A stretch of 64,000 bases of DNA from positions 389,635,456-389,699,455 of the forward strand of contig NC_058133.1 in assembly GCF_016433145.1 (NCBI RefSeq), in the 5' to 3' direction. Source of the DNA: Gracilinanus agilis. Taxonomy: Eukaryota. The position numbers and the translations under genes are program-made. The notes below the pieces were generated by a model, which was not told where the DNA came from, searched no databases, and saw only the letters and a list, made by a program, of their open reading frames with translations. This document shows, in pieces, positions 22,611 to 35,633 of this stretch. Position 1 is the stretch's first letter. Every line of letters starts with the position of its first letter.

Positions 22611-24792
22611 AAAATCTACTTCAGGAGTTCCCAGTTAAAAAAGCCTTGGACTCAGAGTCAGGAAAGTTGGTTTCATAATCTAGAAATGCCACTTACCAGC
22701 TGAATGAGCATGGACAAGTCATTTAATGTCTCTTGATCTCAATTTTCTCATATGTAATGTGATCAGGTTGGATTATATCATCTCAAAGGTTCTTTCCTGT
22801 ACTGACATTGTATGATTCAATGTCTATCTCATACACAGGTTTTTTTGTTTTGTTTTATTTTTCCAAATATGAGATTTTATTGTTTTCAGGAACTCCTAGT
22901 GAAATTGGAAGTTAGTGCCTCTTCTGAAGTTTACAGTCTTTTAAAGTTATTCATAGTACTAGTAGATTAAGTGATTTACCCATGATCATGTATTTAATAC
23001 ATGTCAGAGGTGGGATGTGAGCTCATGTTTTTCTAACTCTGAGACCAGGTCCTACAACATACTAAATTGTTGTGAGGTAATCTACATAAAAATGCTTTGT
23101 ACATTTTAAATCATTATACAAATTATGATTTTAGACTAACTTTATTACTCTTTCCAAAAACTTTGACACTAAGCACCAACCCTGGTACTTTTGCTTATAG
23201 AATGCTGAAATATATTTCCTGTATCATATTTATTATCTCAATCCTCTTTATTAATTATTACTGGATATCATTCTCAAGATATTAATTAAGGTTTTTAATA
23301 AATTCTGCAGAATGTCAATGAATAAAGTCAAGAAAAATGAAATTTCTCTTCATGTATTTTATTATATTAATAATGCTAATAAAATTCATTTGCTATTCTT
23401 AATCACAAAAAAGAGTATTTTTTTCAAAATTTTCATTCCCTTTTTAGAGCAAAGAGTAACAAGATTGTTAAAAGAATTGATTGAAGTCATGAAGGTAAAC
23501 TTGTGTTGGAAAGTATAACAAACTATACAAAGTTCTATCATTGTCATTAAATCATTAAGCATCTTCTTCAGTTTTTCCCATCATTTCCCATCATACAAAA
23601 TGAAATCTTCCTATCCCCTCTTTTGCTAAACACCTCTGTTTTCTTTGTAGTCTTTTTCTATAAGATCTAAGCTTGGGAAGTAAGAGGGGAGGGGTAAGAG
23701 AAGATATTTGCTACCTTTGTTTATGCCTTGACAAACAGCATAAGAAATTGTATTTGGGACACAGGTAGTTTATTTTTTTAAGAATGGATCTTTAAAAAAT
23801 TATTTATCCATTGTATTTTTATATCATATTTTTCCCTGAATATGCCTCCCCTGCTCTAACTAGATAACACCTCCTTGTAACAAAAGTTTAAAATTGGGGA
23901 AACAGCACCTTTTTAAAAAAGAAAAAAAATCTTTATCCACACTCAGAAATACTGTTGTGGACCCATTGTTTAGAACCTCTATAATAAAGGGAGGAAAGGG
24001 CACTTTCTCAATTTTTCTCATTTATTATTTTCTTTTAAAGTAACTTTCTGTTAATGATTGCAAAGTATTTAACAGGATATATATGATGGAGTCTTCTGTC
24101 TCAATCCAACACCTCTCTCTTAATACACATATAGATAAATATATATAAATTTGTATATATATCCATATAAACTTTTATATATGTAATATACAATATCTGA
24201 CTGTTTACTCCTGTTTACTATCAAATAACTCACTTCATCTATTTTTCCACATATAAGGATGGATTACTATAAATCTGTGCCTTTTAATTTTATTGTGGAT
24301 AGAAAGCCTATCCTTCTACTACATTCCCATCTTCAGCAATTTCACAAACCCATGTTATTTTGGGATTCTTGCACATAGAGTTTAATAGCAATGAAGTCAA
24401 AGAAGGCATTAACCTGACAAAGATTTTCAAGTTATTTTCTGGGACAAGTTCTCTGACTTCTCTGAACAAAAATACACCAAGTGACCTGGTGGGAAAGACT
24501 CCTGGGTTTAGAGTCAGAAAACAAATTAAGGATTTAGATGTATTCTAGAATATCAGTAAATGAAATTGGAAATGAAGTTCTTCTTTTAGAATCCTGATAC
24601 CACATATTACCTGTGTAGATCATCTTTGAAGTTCCTGCCAGAGTTAAAACTACAATCCTTTGGAATCATTTCTGGAGTTAAAGTTCTATAAGCAGCTGAA
24701 TATTGTTGTCTTTGGAAATGCTTATCCTATAGATTCAGGCAAAGAAGCAGTAGAAATAAAGGAATATGGGGGGGGAAGGGTTCCAGGAATAT

Positions 24793-25154
24793 NNNNNNNN
24801 NNNNNNNNNNNNNNNNNNNNNNNNNNNNNNNNNNNNNNNNNNNNNNNNNNNNNNNNNNNNNNNNNNNNNNNNNNNNNNNNNNNNNNNNNNNNNNNNNNNN
24901 NNNNNNNNNNNNNNNNNNNNNNNNNNNNNNNNNNNNNNNNNNNNNNNNNNNNNNNNNNNNNNNNNNNNNNNNNNNNNNNNNNNNNNNNNNNNNNNNNNNN
25001 NNNNNNNNNNNNNNNNNNNNNNNNNNNNNNNNNNNNNNNNNNNNNNNNNNNNNNNNNNNNNNNNNNNNNNNNNNNNNNNNNNNNNNNNNNNNNNNNNNNN
25101 NNNNNNNNNNNNNNNNNNNNNNNNNNNNNNNNNNNNNNNNNNNNNNNNNNNNNN
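24793..25154. other. Assembly gap, 362 N, abutting an (AT)n run
   Basis: Run of N followed by (AT)n to ~25191. Confidence 0.99.
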
Positions 25155-25195
<41 letters not shown>

Positions 25196-28125
25196 TGTCT
25201 TTAGCATTAGCAGAACAAAAGAGTGAGTAATAAAGGAAAGAAAAGGACAAAATCACTTTTTGAAGAGTGTAAATATATATGTATTTGTACATATATATTT
25301 GTATCTCTCTCTCTTTAAATATATACATATATTTAAATTCACACACGCACATATCCATCTTAGGACAATAATAGATTTAGAACTGGAAAGGATTTCAGAG
25401 GTGATTGCATCCAAATCTATTATTTTATAAGTGAAAAAAACAGAGGCCAAGAGAAATTAAGTGTTTTAGTCTAGTCACAAAGCTTAAATGTCTGGGTTAG
25501 AATTTGAACCCAGTTTTCCTGATGCTAAGCCCACCATGTTGCCAATAGCTATCTAGTGACAACAACACATTTTAAATAACACTATGGGAGTGAATAAGGG
25601 AAGCTTTTGTCATATGGGAAGGAATCAAATCAGAGAATGGTGCCTGAATTTCATATATTGTGTGTATGTGTGTGAATAAGATCATAAGATCATAGTCTTA
25701 GAGATGAAAGAAGTGGTTAGGTTAACTGACCATTAAGGTTTCTTTCATCTCTAAGACTCTCCCTTGAAATTATTCTGTGTTTTCACAGCTCTTGTTCATT
25801 CCTTTAAAATCCCTATGTCTAAAATATCCCAAATTCTCCTCTTAACCTCTTTAATTTTTCTTTTAACATCCAACTCAAATGCTACCTTCTCCATAAAGGA
25901 CTCTTGGGACTTCCCTGTTGATTGTCACATTCCTCCATTGGAGTTCATATAAAACTATTTTTTGGTGCCCAATAATACCCCTTTCATTTAATGTTGTTTA
26001 TTACCCACCTAGACTATAAGCACACTGGGAAAGGGATTGTATCTTATCTAAATTTTACATCTTTAGTTTCTAGCCCAATATTACACACATAGTACATGTT
26101 TAATAAATTAATTGATTCTAATTCAGAGTTTACAATAACTATCATATTGTAGAGAATTATAGGGCTGACAGTTTGGATGAATGAATAATAATTGTCAACA
26201 TTTATGTTACGATTACTGGGTGTCAGAAATTATGCTAAGCACTTTGTTGTTATGACTTCATTTGATCCTCACAACAAATCCTGCAAGGTAAGTGCAATTA
26301 TTATTCCCATTATAGAGATGAGAATAGGGAGGTAGACAGAGGTTAGGTGACTTGCCCAAGGTCCCACCACCAGTAAGTATCTCAAGCTAGATTTAAATCT
26401 TCTTGACTCCAAGTCTGGTGCTCTATCCATGGTACTTCCTAGTTGCCTAGAGTAGAAAGAGCAAAAGTGAATGAGAATCCTGGTTCACAGTGGGAAAGAA
26501 AATTTCAGTTCTTTTCTATTTTTGAGCATTATACTTCCTACCCTGGAAGAAATGACACAACTGAGCTGAAATGAGAATAAAGCAAGAATATTGGTTTCCC
26601 TGGGAGACTGAAATATTTCTATTCATACAAAGACAACATGCAGCTAATATATTGCTTTGCCTAAATGAAGAAAGAAGAAATATGAATTTGTGTTTGATGA
26701 TAACATGATCAGAGCAGTAAACTAAGATTACTTGGGCAAGAATGTAGAGGATGTATTGTACAGAAGAGGCAATAGAGGTGGGAGAACCAGGTAGGAAGAC
26801 TTTTTTTTAATGGTACAGGTAAGAAGAGAAACGGTTCTGAATTAGGGTCAGTCTAGGATCCCCAGAAATAATGGTGCAATAAGAATATTGCTCCAGTTCA
26901 CCCTAATTGAGACTCATTTGCCTGCTACTAGTTTTAAACCAAGGTGATCTCTACAATTGAGTAGTTAGTGGTTAAGTTTGAGTTTAAGGCTTTCTCCTTA
27001 TTGTGTAAATCTTCTGAAGTGAAAGTTATACTCTAATGAAAGAGTGGAAAGTTAGCCTCAAACCTTGTGGTTTACTGTGATATTAAAATGATAAACTGGA
27101 CATCCAGTGAAGGAAAATCAGGATGGTGAAAGTCCCTGAATTTATGATATATATTTGTTAAAGGAGCATCTGTTGAAAGAGCTGAAATTTAGCTTGGAGA
27201 AAAGGAGGGCCAGAGACAGACATGATAGCTACCTTCCAGGATTTGAAAGACAATCATTTGGAAAATGAATTAGATTTGTTATGTCTGATAACAGAATGAG
27301 AGAGGGAGCAATGAGTGGAAGTCACAAAGAGGCAAATAAGGATTCACTTAAAGAAAAATTTCCTTTCAATTAAAACTATCCCAAAGTGGAATAGTTTACT
27401 TTGGGACATAGTTTCCCCTAAAAGTCTCCATGGAGAAGCTGGTTGACTCCTTGGTAGGCTTATTGTAAATGGATTCTTCTTTAGGATGACCACTGAGGTC
27501 TTTTCTGACTCTAAAATGATGCTATGATTCTATGCTTATTTATATGAAACTATGCTTAGTTCTTTTATCTGATATTATTTATTTTCTGTAAATCATGTCA
27601 TGGAACTAGGCTGAGCAAATAATAGCAGAACAACTACCTTTTACTTCCAAGTTAAAAAAAAAATCTTATTAACAATGACTATTAAGAATAAACTTAGTCC
27701 TCACACCTTATACTATAGGGATTTCACAACAGCAGTGAGGGGAAGATTTTTTTTTTCTCTTTAGAGTATGAGTACTTTATCTTTGATGCTAAGATGATGA
27801 CTCAGGGGAAATCACTTTTTAAATAAAACCCTTCTATTGGGCAACCCACTCACATGCATCTCAAGTCACAGCTATTCTGGACAAAGAAGTTTACAGAAGG
27901 TAAATAATGAAAAAGAACCATTTTCCATGAATAGTAAATTATATTTTCTAGAATTTATAAATGTGCTTTTAGCTATTTAGGCATTTAGTAAATTTACTTA
28001 TCTTAGAACAATTTAGTTTCTAAATATACCAAAAGATGGGAATAATTTTTGGGTGTCAAATAATTGATATATAGACGTAATAAATAATTGGCAAAAAAAA
28101 TCGTGTTAACTTCTCATTTATGAGA

Positions 28126-28145
28126 TTTCTTTCTTCCCTTTCCAG
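28126..28145 (+). promoter_or_regulatory. Candidate splice acceptor upstream of TAAR9
   Basis: Polypyrimidine tract TTTCTTTCTTCCCTTTCCAG|AAC ending 38 nt before the ATG. An alternative TTCTTACAG|G ends at 28175. Confidence 0.55.
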
Positions 28146-28182
28146 AACTGTCAGAATCAAGAATAATTCTTACAGGAAAGTA

Positions 28183-29229
28183 ATGACCATCGATTTGTCT
28201 CAACCAGCAGCTGTGCAGCTCTGCTATGAGAATGTGAATGGATCTTGCATCAAAACCCCTTACTCCCCAGGACCTAGAGCCATCTTGTATGCTGTGCTTG
28301 GCTTTGGGGCTGTGCTGGCAGTATTTGGCAACTTGCTGGTCATCACTGCCATTCTTCACTTCAAGCAGCTGCACACACCTACAAACTTCCTCATTGCCTC
28401 CTTGGCCTGCGCCGATTTTTTAGTTGGGGTGACTGTGATGCCCTTCAGTACAGTGAGGTCTGTGGAAAGCTGCTGGTACTTTGGGGAGAGTTACTGTAAA
28501 TTTCACACCTGTTTTGATACTTCCTTTTGCTTTGCATCTCTCTTCCATTTGTGTTTCATCTCTATTGATAGATATATTGCTGTCACTGACCCTCTGGTCT
28601 ATCCGACCAAATTCACAGTGCCGGTTTCGGGGATATGTATTGCCCTCTCCTGGTTCTTCTCAGTGACATACAGCTTTTCTATTTTTTACACAGGGGCCAA
28701 TGTTGAAGGGATAGAAGACTTGGTCATTGCACTCACCTGTGTAGGAGGTTGTCAGGCTCCACTGAATCAGAAATGGGTTTTACTCTGTTTTCTTTTATTC
28801 TTTATACCCACAGTTGCCATGGTTGTAATATACGGCAAGATTTTTCTGGTGGCTAAACAGCAGGCTAGAAAGATAGAAAGTACCGGCAACCAAACCCAAG
28901 CTTCTGCAGAGAGCTACAAGGACCGGGTGGCCAAAAGGGAGAGAAAGGCTGCTAAAACCCTTGGCATTGCTATGGCTGCCTTCCTTGTGTCCTGGTTGCC
29001 ATACATTATCGATGCAGTAATTGATGCTTATATGAATTTCATAACTCCTGCTTATGTCTATGAAATCTTGGTGTGGTGTGTTTACTACAACTCAGCTATG
29101 AATCCCTTGATCTATGCCTTCTTTTACCCTTGGTTTCGGAAAGCAATAAAACTGATTGTGAGCGGTAAAGTCTTAAGGAATGATTCTTCAACAATGAATT
29201 TATTTACTGAAGAAGCAGATATAGATTAA
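28183..29229 (+). CDS. TAAR9: Trace amine-associated receptor 9, 348 aa, intact
   Basis: Diagnostic TAAR9 stretches: [104 protein letters not shown]. Same length as human TAAR9 when started at MTIDLSQ. Confidence 0.95.
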   Translation: MTIDLSQPAAVQLCYENVNGSCIKTPYSPGPRAILYAVLGFGAVLAVFGNLLVITAILHFKQLHTPTNFLIASLACADFLVGVTVMPFSTVRSVESCWYFGESYCKFHTCFDTSFCFASLFHLCFISIDRYIAVTDPLVYPTKFTVPVSGICIALSWFFSVTYSFSIFYTGANVEGIEDLVIALTCVGGCQAPLNQKWVLLCFLLFFIPTVAMVVIYGKIFLVAKQQARKIESTGNQTQASAESYKDRVAKRERKAAKTLGIAMAAFLVSWLPYIIDAVIDAYMNFITPAYVYEILVWCVYYNSAMNPLIYAFFYPWFRKAIKLIVSGKVLRNDSSTMNLFTEEADID

Positions 29230-30375
29230 AAATGGCAATAATAAAAAAGAAATTTCATGTAAATCAAGAGCAAAATGTAAGCAAGTATCTAAAAATGTAA
29301 TATATGTCCAAATAGATGGAAATTTTATTCAACCATTAATGGCTTTGGAACAAATATCTGTATGTGTACTAAAAGTTATAAAATTGGATTATGTATAGTT
29401 ATGATGATACTACTGTATACATTCTTGCTTGCTGGTATCTCTGGGTTCTTTCTCATAAGTTACTAATTATATCAATCAACTAAATTCTACCTCTCCCTCC
29501 ACTTCTTCAGGTAATTTGAAACTTTTTTTTTTCTCTCAGAGATACCAGGTGTATGATACCCCAAAATTTAGGTAGCAAAAAAAAAATCCATCCTGAAAAA
29601 TCTATATGTAAAACTGAAAAACTATAGTTTCATATGAGATAAGAATTGGAAGATAATTCACCTGATTTCTCTGAAGCTCAATTTTCTCAACTTAAAACTG
29701 GGTTAAAAATAGTGATACAATCATAAGATTGTTGGAAGTAAAATGCATTTACAACTTTGAAGTACTATGTATGCATACATGATAATAACAATTATTCCTT
29801 TAGTTAGTACTAGAAACTCTTTTAAATCAATAAATTAAGACTAGAATATGAGACTTCACAATAACTGGTTTAGGAAGAAGTTACAGATTTTTAAAAATGT
29901 TTTTACTTTTTAAAAATCCTAAGCTTTGCTGGCCTGTTTATAAATAGCCCCTTTCCTTTAGGTCTAATCCCTATTACACAGTGGAATTACAAGGACTATA
30001 CATTACATGCCATTTAAAAAAAGTAATATGTATAATTTATGTTAGTAGAAAGTGAAAATGTATATGTGAGAAGTTTTTGTTTTTCTTACTTCAATATCTT
30101 CAGCTAGTTCAATAATAAATAAATTGATAATTCTCAAAAAAAATTTTTGCAACATTCTAGGACTAGGGGTGATTCTAATTATTTCAAGCTATAAGGCACA
30201 TTTCTCAAAACAAAATTAATTTAATCCAGCTTAATTACAAGATAAACTTGTGTGGTATATTTAAGTGGAGCAAGAGGGAGGAAAATGAACAAAACAAGAA
30301 ACAATAGATTCTTCACCTCCCAAAAGGTTTCAAACCCCTGTGAACACCTGTGCAGGTTATTTGTGTAGTACAAAC

Positions 30376-30566
30376 CAGTGGTGTCACATCCAAATGGAAA
30401 CATGAGCCACTGGAGCATATGTAAGGATATCTCTAGGTTCATATTGACTTCAAAAACCCACATGTCAACATTATCTATGTTTTTTTAAGTATTTCCCAAT
30501 TACATTTCAATTTAGGTCAGCTGCACTAGAGAATTTGGTGGGTCACATGTGGGTGTGACATCTCTG
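30376..30566. mobile_element. Old hAT MITE, ~190 bp
   Basis: Ends CAGTGGTGTCACA and TGTGACATCTCTG. Degraded 8-bp TSD GTACAAAC / GTATAAGT. Confidence 0.7.
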
Positions 30567-30936
30567 GTATAAGTGGTATCATAAAATAAACCTCTTTACT
30601 TTATAAACTGGGAAGAAGAGAATAAAGAGCTATAATACTTTCCCTCCTCCAAAAATGGGTTTTGCACATTTTAAAATTACCGCTCTTAGAATACCTTTTA
30701 AATTAGTGAAATTATTTCATTACTAGTATCTATTTTCATATCCCTATTTAGCAAAACTAGGGAGACTGAGTACTGACCTACTGACCAGTGTACTCCTCTC
30801 TAACTGAGGGAAACTACTGAACAATAATGTGTGAGGATCTTATCAGCTGCTTGGCAGAGAAAGAAAGAATGGATAGGTGGCAAGTAATTGTTAGAGAAAA
30901 TTCTAGAATTGAATATTGCTATCCAGGGGCTGAGTT

Positions 30937-31189
30937 TGTTGTTGTTTAGTCATTTTTCAGTTGTGTCCAACTCTTCATGACCTCATTATAGGTTTTCTTG
31001 GCAAAGATACTGGAATGGTTTGCCATTTCCTTCTCCAGTTCATTTTACAGATGAAGAAACTGAAGTAGAGCTAAGTTACTTGCCCAGGGTCACACAGCTA
31101 ATAAGTACCTGAGGTCAGATTTGAACTCAGAGAGATGAGTCTTCCTAACTTCAGGCTTGGTGCTCTATCAGCTGTGCCACTTAGCTTGT
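30937..31189 (-). mobile_element. MAR1-type SINE
   Basis: RTE-like tail plus CORE. 9-bp TSD GGCTGAGTT at 30928-30936 and 31190-31198. Confidence 0.88.
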
Positions 31190-32759
31190 GGCTGAGTTAG
31201 TTGGGTAGTAATGTAGTAGAGAAGAAAATAGAGATGTACTTGGGGTATATACCAGACCTAGAAATCAAAGGAATAGTTGTAGGATCATAAGGAAAGGAAT
31301 CTTCATACAAATGAAGAAACTGAGGTACAGAGAGAAAGAATTAGCTAAGTTTAAAAAAAAAGGTAGTACAAAATTTGAACCCAGATCCTTCAAATACATT
31401 GCTCTTTTCACTCTACCATGCTGTCCTGAGAAAACACTGTTTAGTGTCAACTTTGAGAATGGGAAGAACAATGATCTCAGAATGAGATTTCCATTACCTC
31501 AACTGTAATGGGTGTTATTGCTTCTAGCAATCCTGTATTCCAGTGCAGAAGTTATAATCTAAAGAAAAGAAAGATGTGTGCTTATAAATTTCCTCTTCTG
31601 GGTGAATCTCTGTCAAGTGTAAGCACTCCAGGATAAACCTAAAGGGGAGAATGTCCCTCACCTGAATCCCTATTTGTTTAATTTGCGAACTCTGCTGGAA
31701 AAATGAGAATGTTTGGCCAGATGAGAGAGGGAACTCTCAGGCTTTCACTGCTAATATCTAAGGGGGGAAAAGAGCACTAACTTGGAGCTGTATTGTTTCA
31801 TGGAAAGACATTGATTTGGAGTTGAGACCTGGGTTCAAATGTAGCCTCTAACATGTGGCAGTTATGTAATTTTAGACAAGTCACTTAAATTTAGACAAGT
31901 TACTGAGTCTGTTTCCTCATCTGTTAAAATAAGAGAATTAGAATAAATTATTTCTGTGGTTTCTTCTAGCTGCACATCCCATAATAGAAACAGACACTAA
32001 GGGAGATGACCAGAGGAGAGGAGTAACTACACTTGCTTGTAGAGTCACTAGGAGACCTTACCAGCAAAGAAGGATGAAGAAAGCAGCAAGGAATTACCCC
32101 AGCGAGAACTCTGACATGAATACTCTTCACCTAGCAAACAGATGACACAGAGTATCTGGGGTGGTACGGAACTTTAAGTGACCTAATGTCTGTTCGCTTT
32201 TTGTTTTCTAAGAAAATTCCCTACTAATACATGGTGGCAGTGGTTGTACAGTCATTTTATATTGTGTCTGACTCTTTGTGACTCCATTTGGGGTTTTCTT
32301 GGCAAAAATATCCAGATCATACAGCTAGTTAGGGGTCTGAAGCCAGGTTTGAATTTAGTAAGATGAGTCTTCCTGAATCCAGACTTGGCTCTCTAACTAC
32401 TGTGCTACCGTATTATTTCTCTGAAACACAGAAGGTAGAAATAATGTATTTATAAAGTGTAGAGATGGTGCCATCCTGGTACAAAGACTTTCCTGTTTCT
32501 GGGTGAGACCTCAGAGCAGAGAATTGTAGTATGTCACCTTCCCCAACAAAGTAACCCAAGTCCTTCATGCCACAGGATGGCATTTTTACATTATTTTTAT
32601 TAAGATTTATTTATTTATAATTTTTGATTGATTCTAGTGAGTTCATCCATGTAGGGATGGGGTGTGTGTGTGTGTGTGTGTGTGTGTGTCCAATCTTTAT
32701 GCACTAATGTAGATTGGCAACTGGGGCAAAGGAAAAGTCATGGGATTTGGGGTCCAAGG

Positions 32760-33002
32760 CTTTGTTTTTATTCAGTCGTGTCTGACTCTTCGTGGCCCCA
32801 TTTGGGGTTTCTTGGCAAGGACACTGGAGAAGTTTGTCATCTCCTTCTACAGCTTATTTTTCAGATGAAACTGACACATGCAGGGTTAGTGACTTACCCA
32901 GGGTTGCACAGCTAGGAAGTATCAGAGGATGGTTTGGAATACAGGAAAACAAGTCTTCCTAACTCCAGACCTGGAACTCAAGCCTCTACACCACCTAGCT
33001 TC
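32760..33002 (-). mobile_element. MAR1-type SINE
   Basis: Same structure (TTCAGTCGTGTCTGACTCTTCGTGGCCCCATTTGGGGTTTCTTGGCAA...CCACCTAGCTTCCC). Confidence 0.8.
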
Positions 33003-34879
33003 CCTCTGGACCATAAGAACTTTTCTTTAAATCCTAATTTGGACTCACAGTCTGTGTAAACTGGGGAAAGCATTTAATTTCTCTGGGCCTCTGGGTCTTC
33101 ATCTATTAAACTAAATGACTTCTTACCTCTCTACTAGTTCTAAATCTATGATCCTCTAATCATCTATGATTTATAATCTTAGTGAATTGCCCAAGGACGT
33201 TGGGTAGCTACATGACTTGTCGGTGATCACATAGTTAGTATGTCAGAATCAGTACTCAAATTCAGGTTTTCCACACCACATGGCTTGTTCTCACTTCATT
33301 GTGCCATATTCTTTCTTACACAAGCCTTATGGAATTCAAAAAGTGATTGATTGTAAATATTTAAAAGCAGAAAAAGGTGAGGGTAGGAGAAAACTTTTTA
33401 CTAGGAAGGATTCTGGAAGATTAACAGAGGTATTTTTATTAGACAAATCTTCAAGGCAACCTTTTAAAAAAGGGTGTAGATTCAAATTGCTGGGACTTAC
33501 TTCACCAATCTAATGAAGGTATAGAGTAATGCCTTATAATTCCCTCTAAAATCCATTCATTACCTTGTAAAAGAATACCGTTGGTCACATCTTGAAATAC
33601 ATAATAACAGATATATATTCCTTGAAATGTATCCCCTTTATTCACTATTAGAATGAATTCTCAGCATCTCTTAATGAATTGACCAAAGAAATAAACATGG
33701 TAAATTCTATATCCAGGCAAAATCTTGTTGACATGATCCTATTAAATAGATAGTGCACTTTGAATTAATTATATCATTTATTTTTGAATTTGTGTTTCCC
33801 AGATAAGCCAATATCCTGAGTTAAGAAAGGGAAACTAGTTGTGATTTAGGCTGATATTATCTTTGGAAGAAGAAAGGAATGTGGTTGAGAAGTTAGACAA
33901 TTATTCAATTCTTTCTGAGGGCTTTACAACAATGGTTTCCTCATTTTGCATCAAAAATTGTGGAATTCTGGAGCATTACAAAACCAGGCATATACCATAT
34001 GCCTTTATTGGTAACTCAGTGGTGCTCTGCCCCAACAGCTCATAACTCACAATCTGGTAGTACATTCCTTTTCCCCCCTTCCATGTCATAGATCTGGAAC
34101 TAGCTAGAAAGTTTTACTGACAATCTCAAATAACCTAAAATCAAGCAAAGAGGGAGGTGGAATTCAGAGAAAGTTGAAATTTAGAGAGATTCTGGTGAGG
34201 AGACATGTTTTCAAACAAGCAAATAAACCAGATTGGAACCTTAATTTCATTGAAATGGTACAGACATGGCAGATGTGAAAACTGGTCTCAGCCTTGTCAC
34301 CATATAACTATGTGATTTTGGGCAAGTTAATTAATCTCTTTGTTCTTCAGTTTCCTCTACTGGAAACTGAGACTAATAATGCTGTCTCTATCTCCAACAA
34401 GAAGTTTTAAAAAGGATAAAACATAATAGATGTGAAAATATTAATATTAATAGTTAATATACCATCTTGGGGGGACACAATTGGAATCTTATTATTTTGG
34501 GAAATATATGTTGAAAATTGTTGTTATATGTAATTGGGAAAATAAAATGACTTTTAAAATAGTTGAGATCTACATACTGCTTTGTGTTTTTATCCAAGGT
34601 ATTTTACCTAAGTTATCTCATTTAATACCCCCTACAACCCAGATAAGAATTAATGTTCTCAGTTTTGCACACAAGAAAAAGGAGGCTCAAAGGGGTAGGG
34701 TGATTTGCCTAGAGTTACATGGATATTTGCTGACAAAATGGGGACATGAATCCACATCTTTTGACCCCAAATTCAATGGTCCTTCCATTATACATAACTT
34801 TAGAATTCTGTAAATATGAGGTATTCCACCTTGAAACCAAATTTAGTTATTAGTACTAATACAGGAAAATGTAAAAACA

Positions 34880-35345
34880 AAGATGCATATTTTTTCTTTT
34901 TATATTTTTTCACATTACATGTCAATAGCATTTCTAATATTCATTTTCTGACACATTTGACAACACGGTCTCTCCCTCCCTCTTCACTCCCCAAGAAGGC
35001 AGGTAATATGATATAGATTGTGTATATATATATGTACATATATATATACATGTATATGCATATATATTATCATATAATGTATATTTCCATGTTCATCATC
35101 TTGTGAAACAAGACACATATTGCTCACACTAGAGTAAAATTTATGGAGGAAATAAAGTGAGGAATGGTTTCAGTTTGCATTTAGACTCTCTTCTTTCTCT
35201 GGAGGTGGATATTATTTTTTGACACGAATCTCTTGGCATTGTCCTGGATCCTCACCTTGTTGACAATAGTTGCTATTCGTAGTTGATCCTCATACATTAT
35301 TACTGTTATGTGTACAATGTTCTCCTGGTTCTGCTCACTTTAATT
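34880..35345 (-). mobile_element. L1 3' UTR fragment
   Basis: Similar to the left part of the 38420-39900 L1 3' end. Confidence 0.65.
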
Positions 35346-35429
35346 TGAAGATGGTTGTTTTTTATTATAATTTGGGAGTTTCCCAGGAAACATCTATTAT
35401 ACATCTACACTGTAAAATATATATGGGGA

Positions 35430-35633
35430 GGGATAGCTAGGTGGCTCAGTAGAATCAAAGCCATGTGTAGAGATGGGAGGTTCTGGGTTCAAATTTGGCC
35501 TTAGACACTGCTTAGCTGTGTGACCATGGGCAAATCACTTAACCTCCATTGCCTATCCCTTACCACTCTTCTCTGTCTTGGAATTAATACTCAATATTGA
35601 TTCAAAGGTGGAAGGTAAGGGTTTAAAAAAAAA
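35430..35633 (+). mobile_element. Opossum CORE-SINE (older SINE1_Mdo-type)
   Basis: Head GGGATAGCTAGGTGGCTCAGTAG, core and A tail. Confidence 0.85.

Noticed and set aside
24660-25358. ORFs of 154-207 aa spanning 24.7-25.3 kb
   Set aside because: They are open only because of the N gap and the (AT)n run.
28120-28182. 21-aa N-terminal extension of TAAR9 from the in-frame ATG at 28120
   Set aside because: It overlaps a polypyrimidine tract and AG acceptor, and starting at 28183 gives the canonical 348-aa length.
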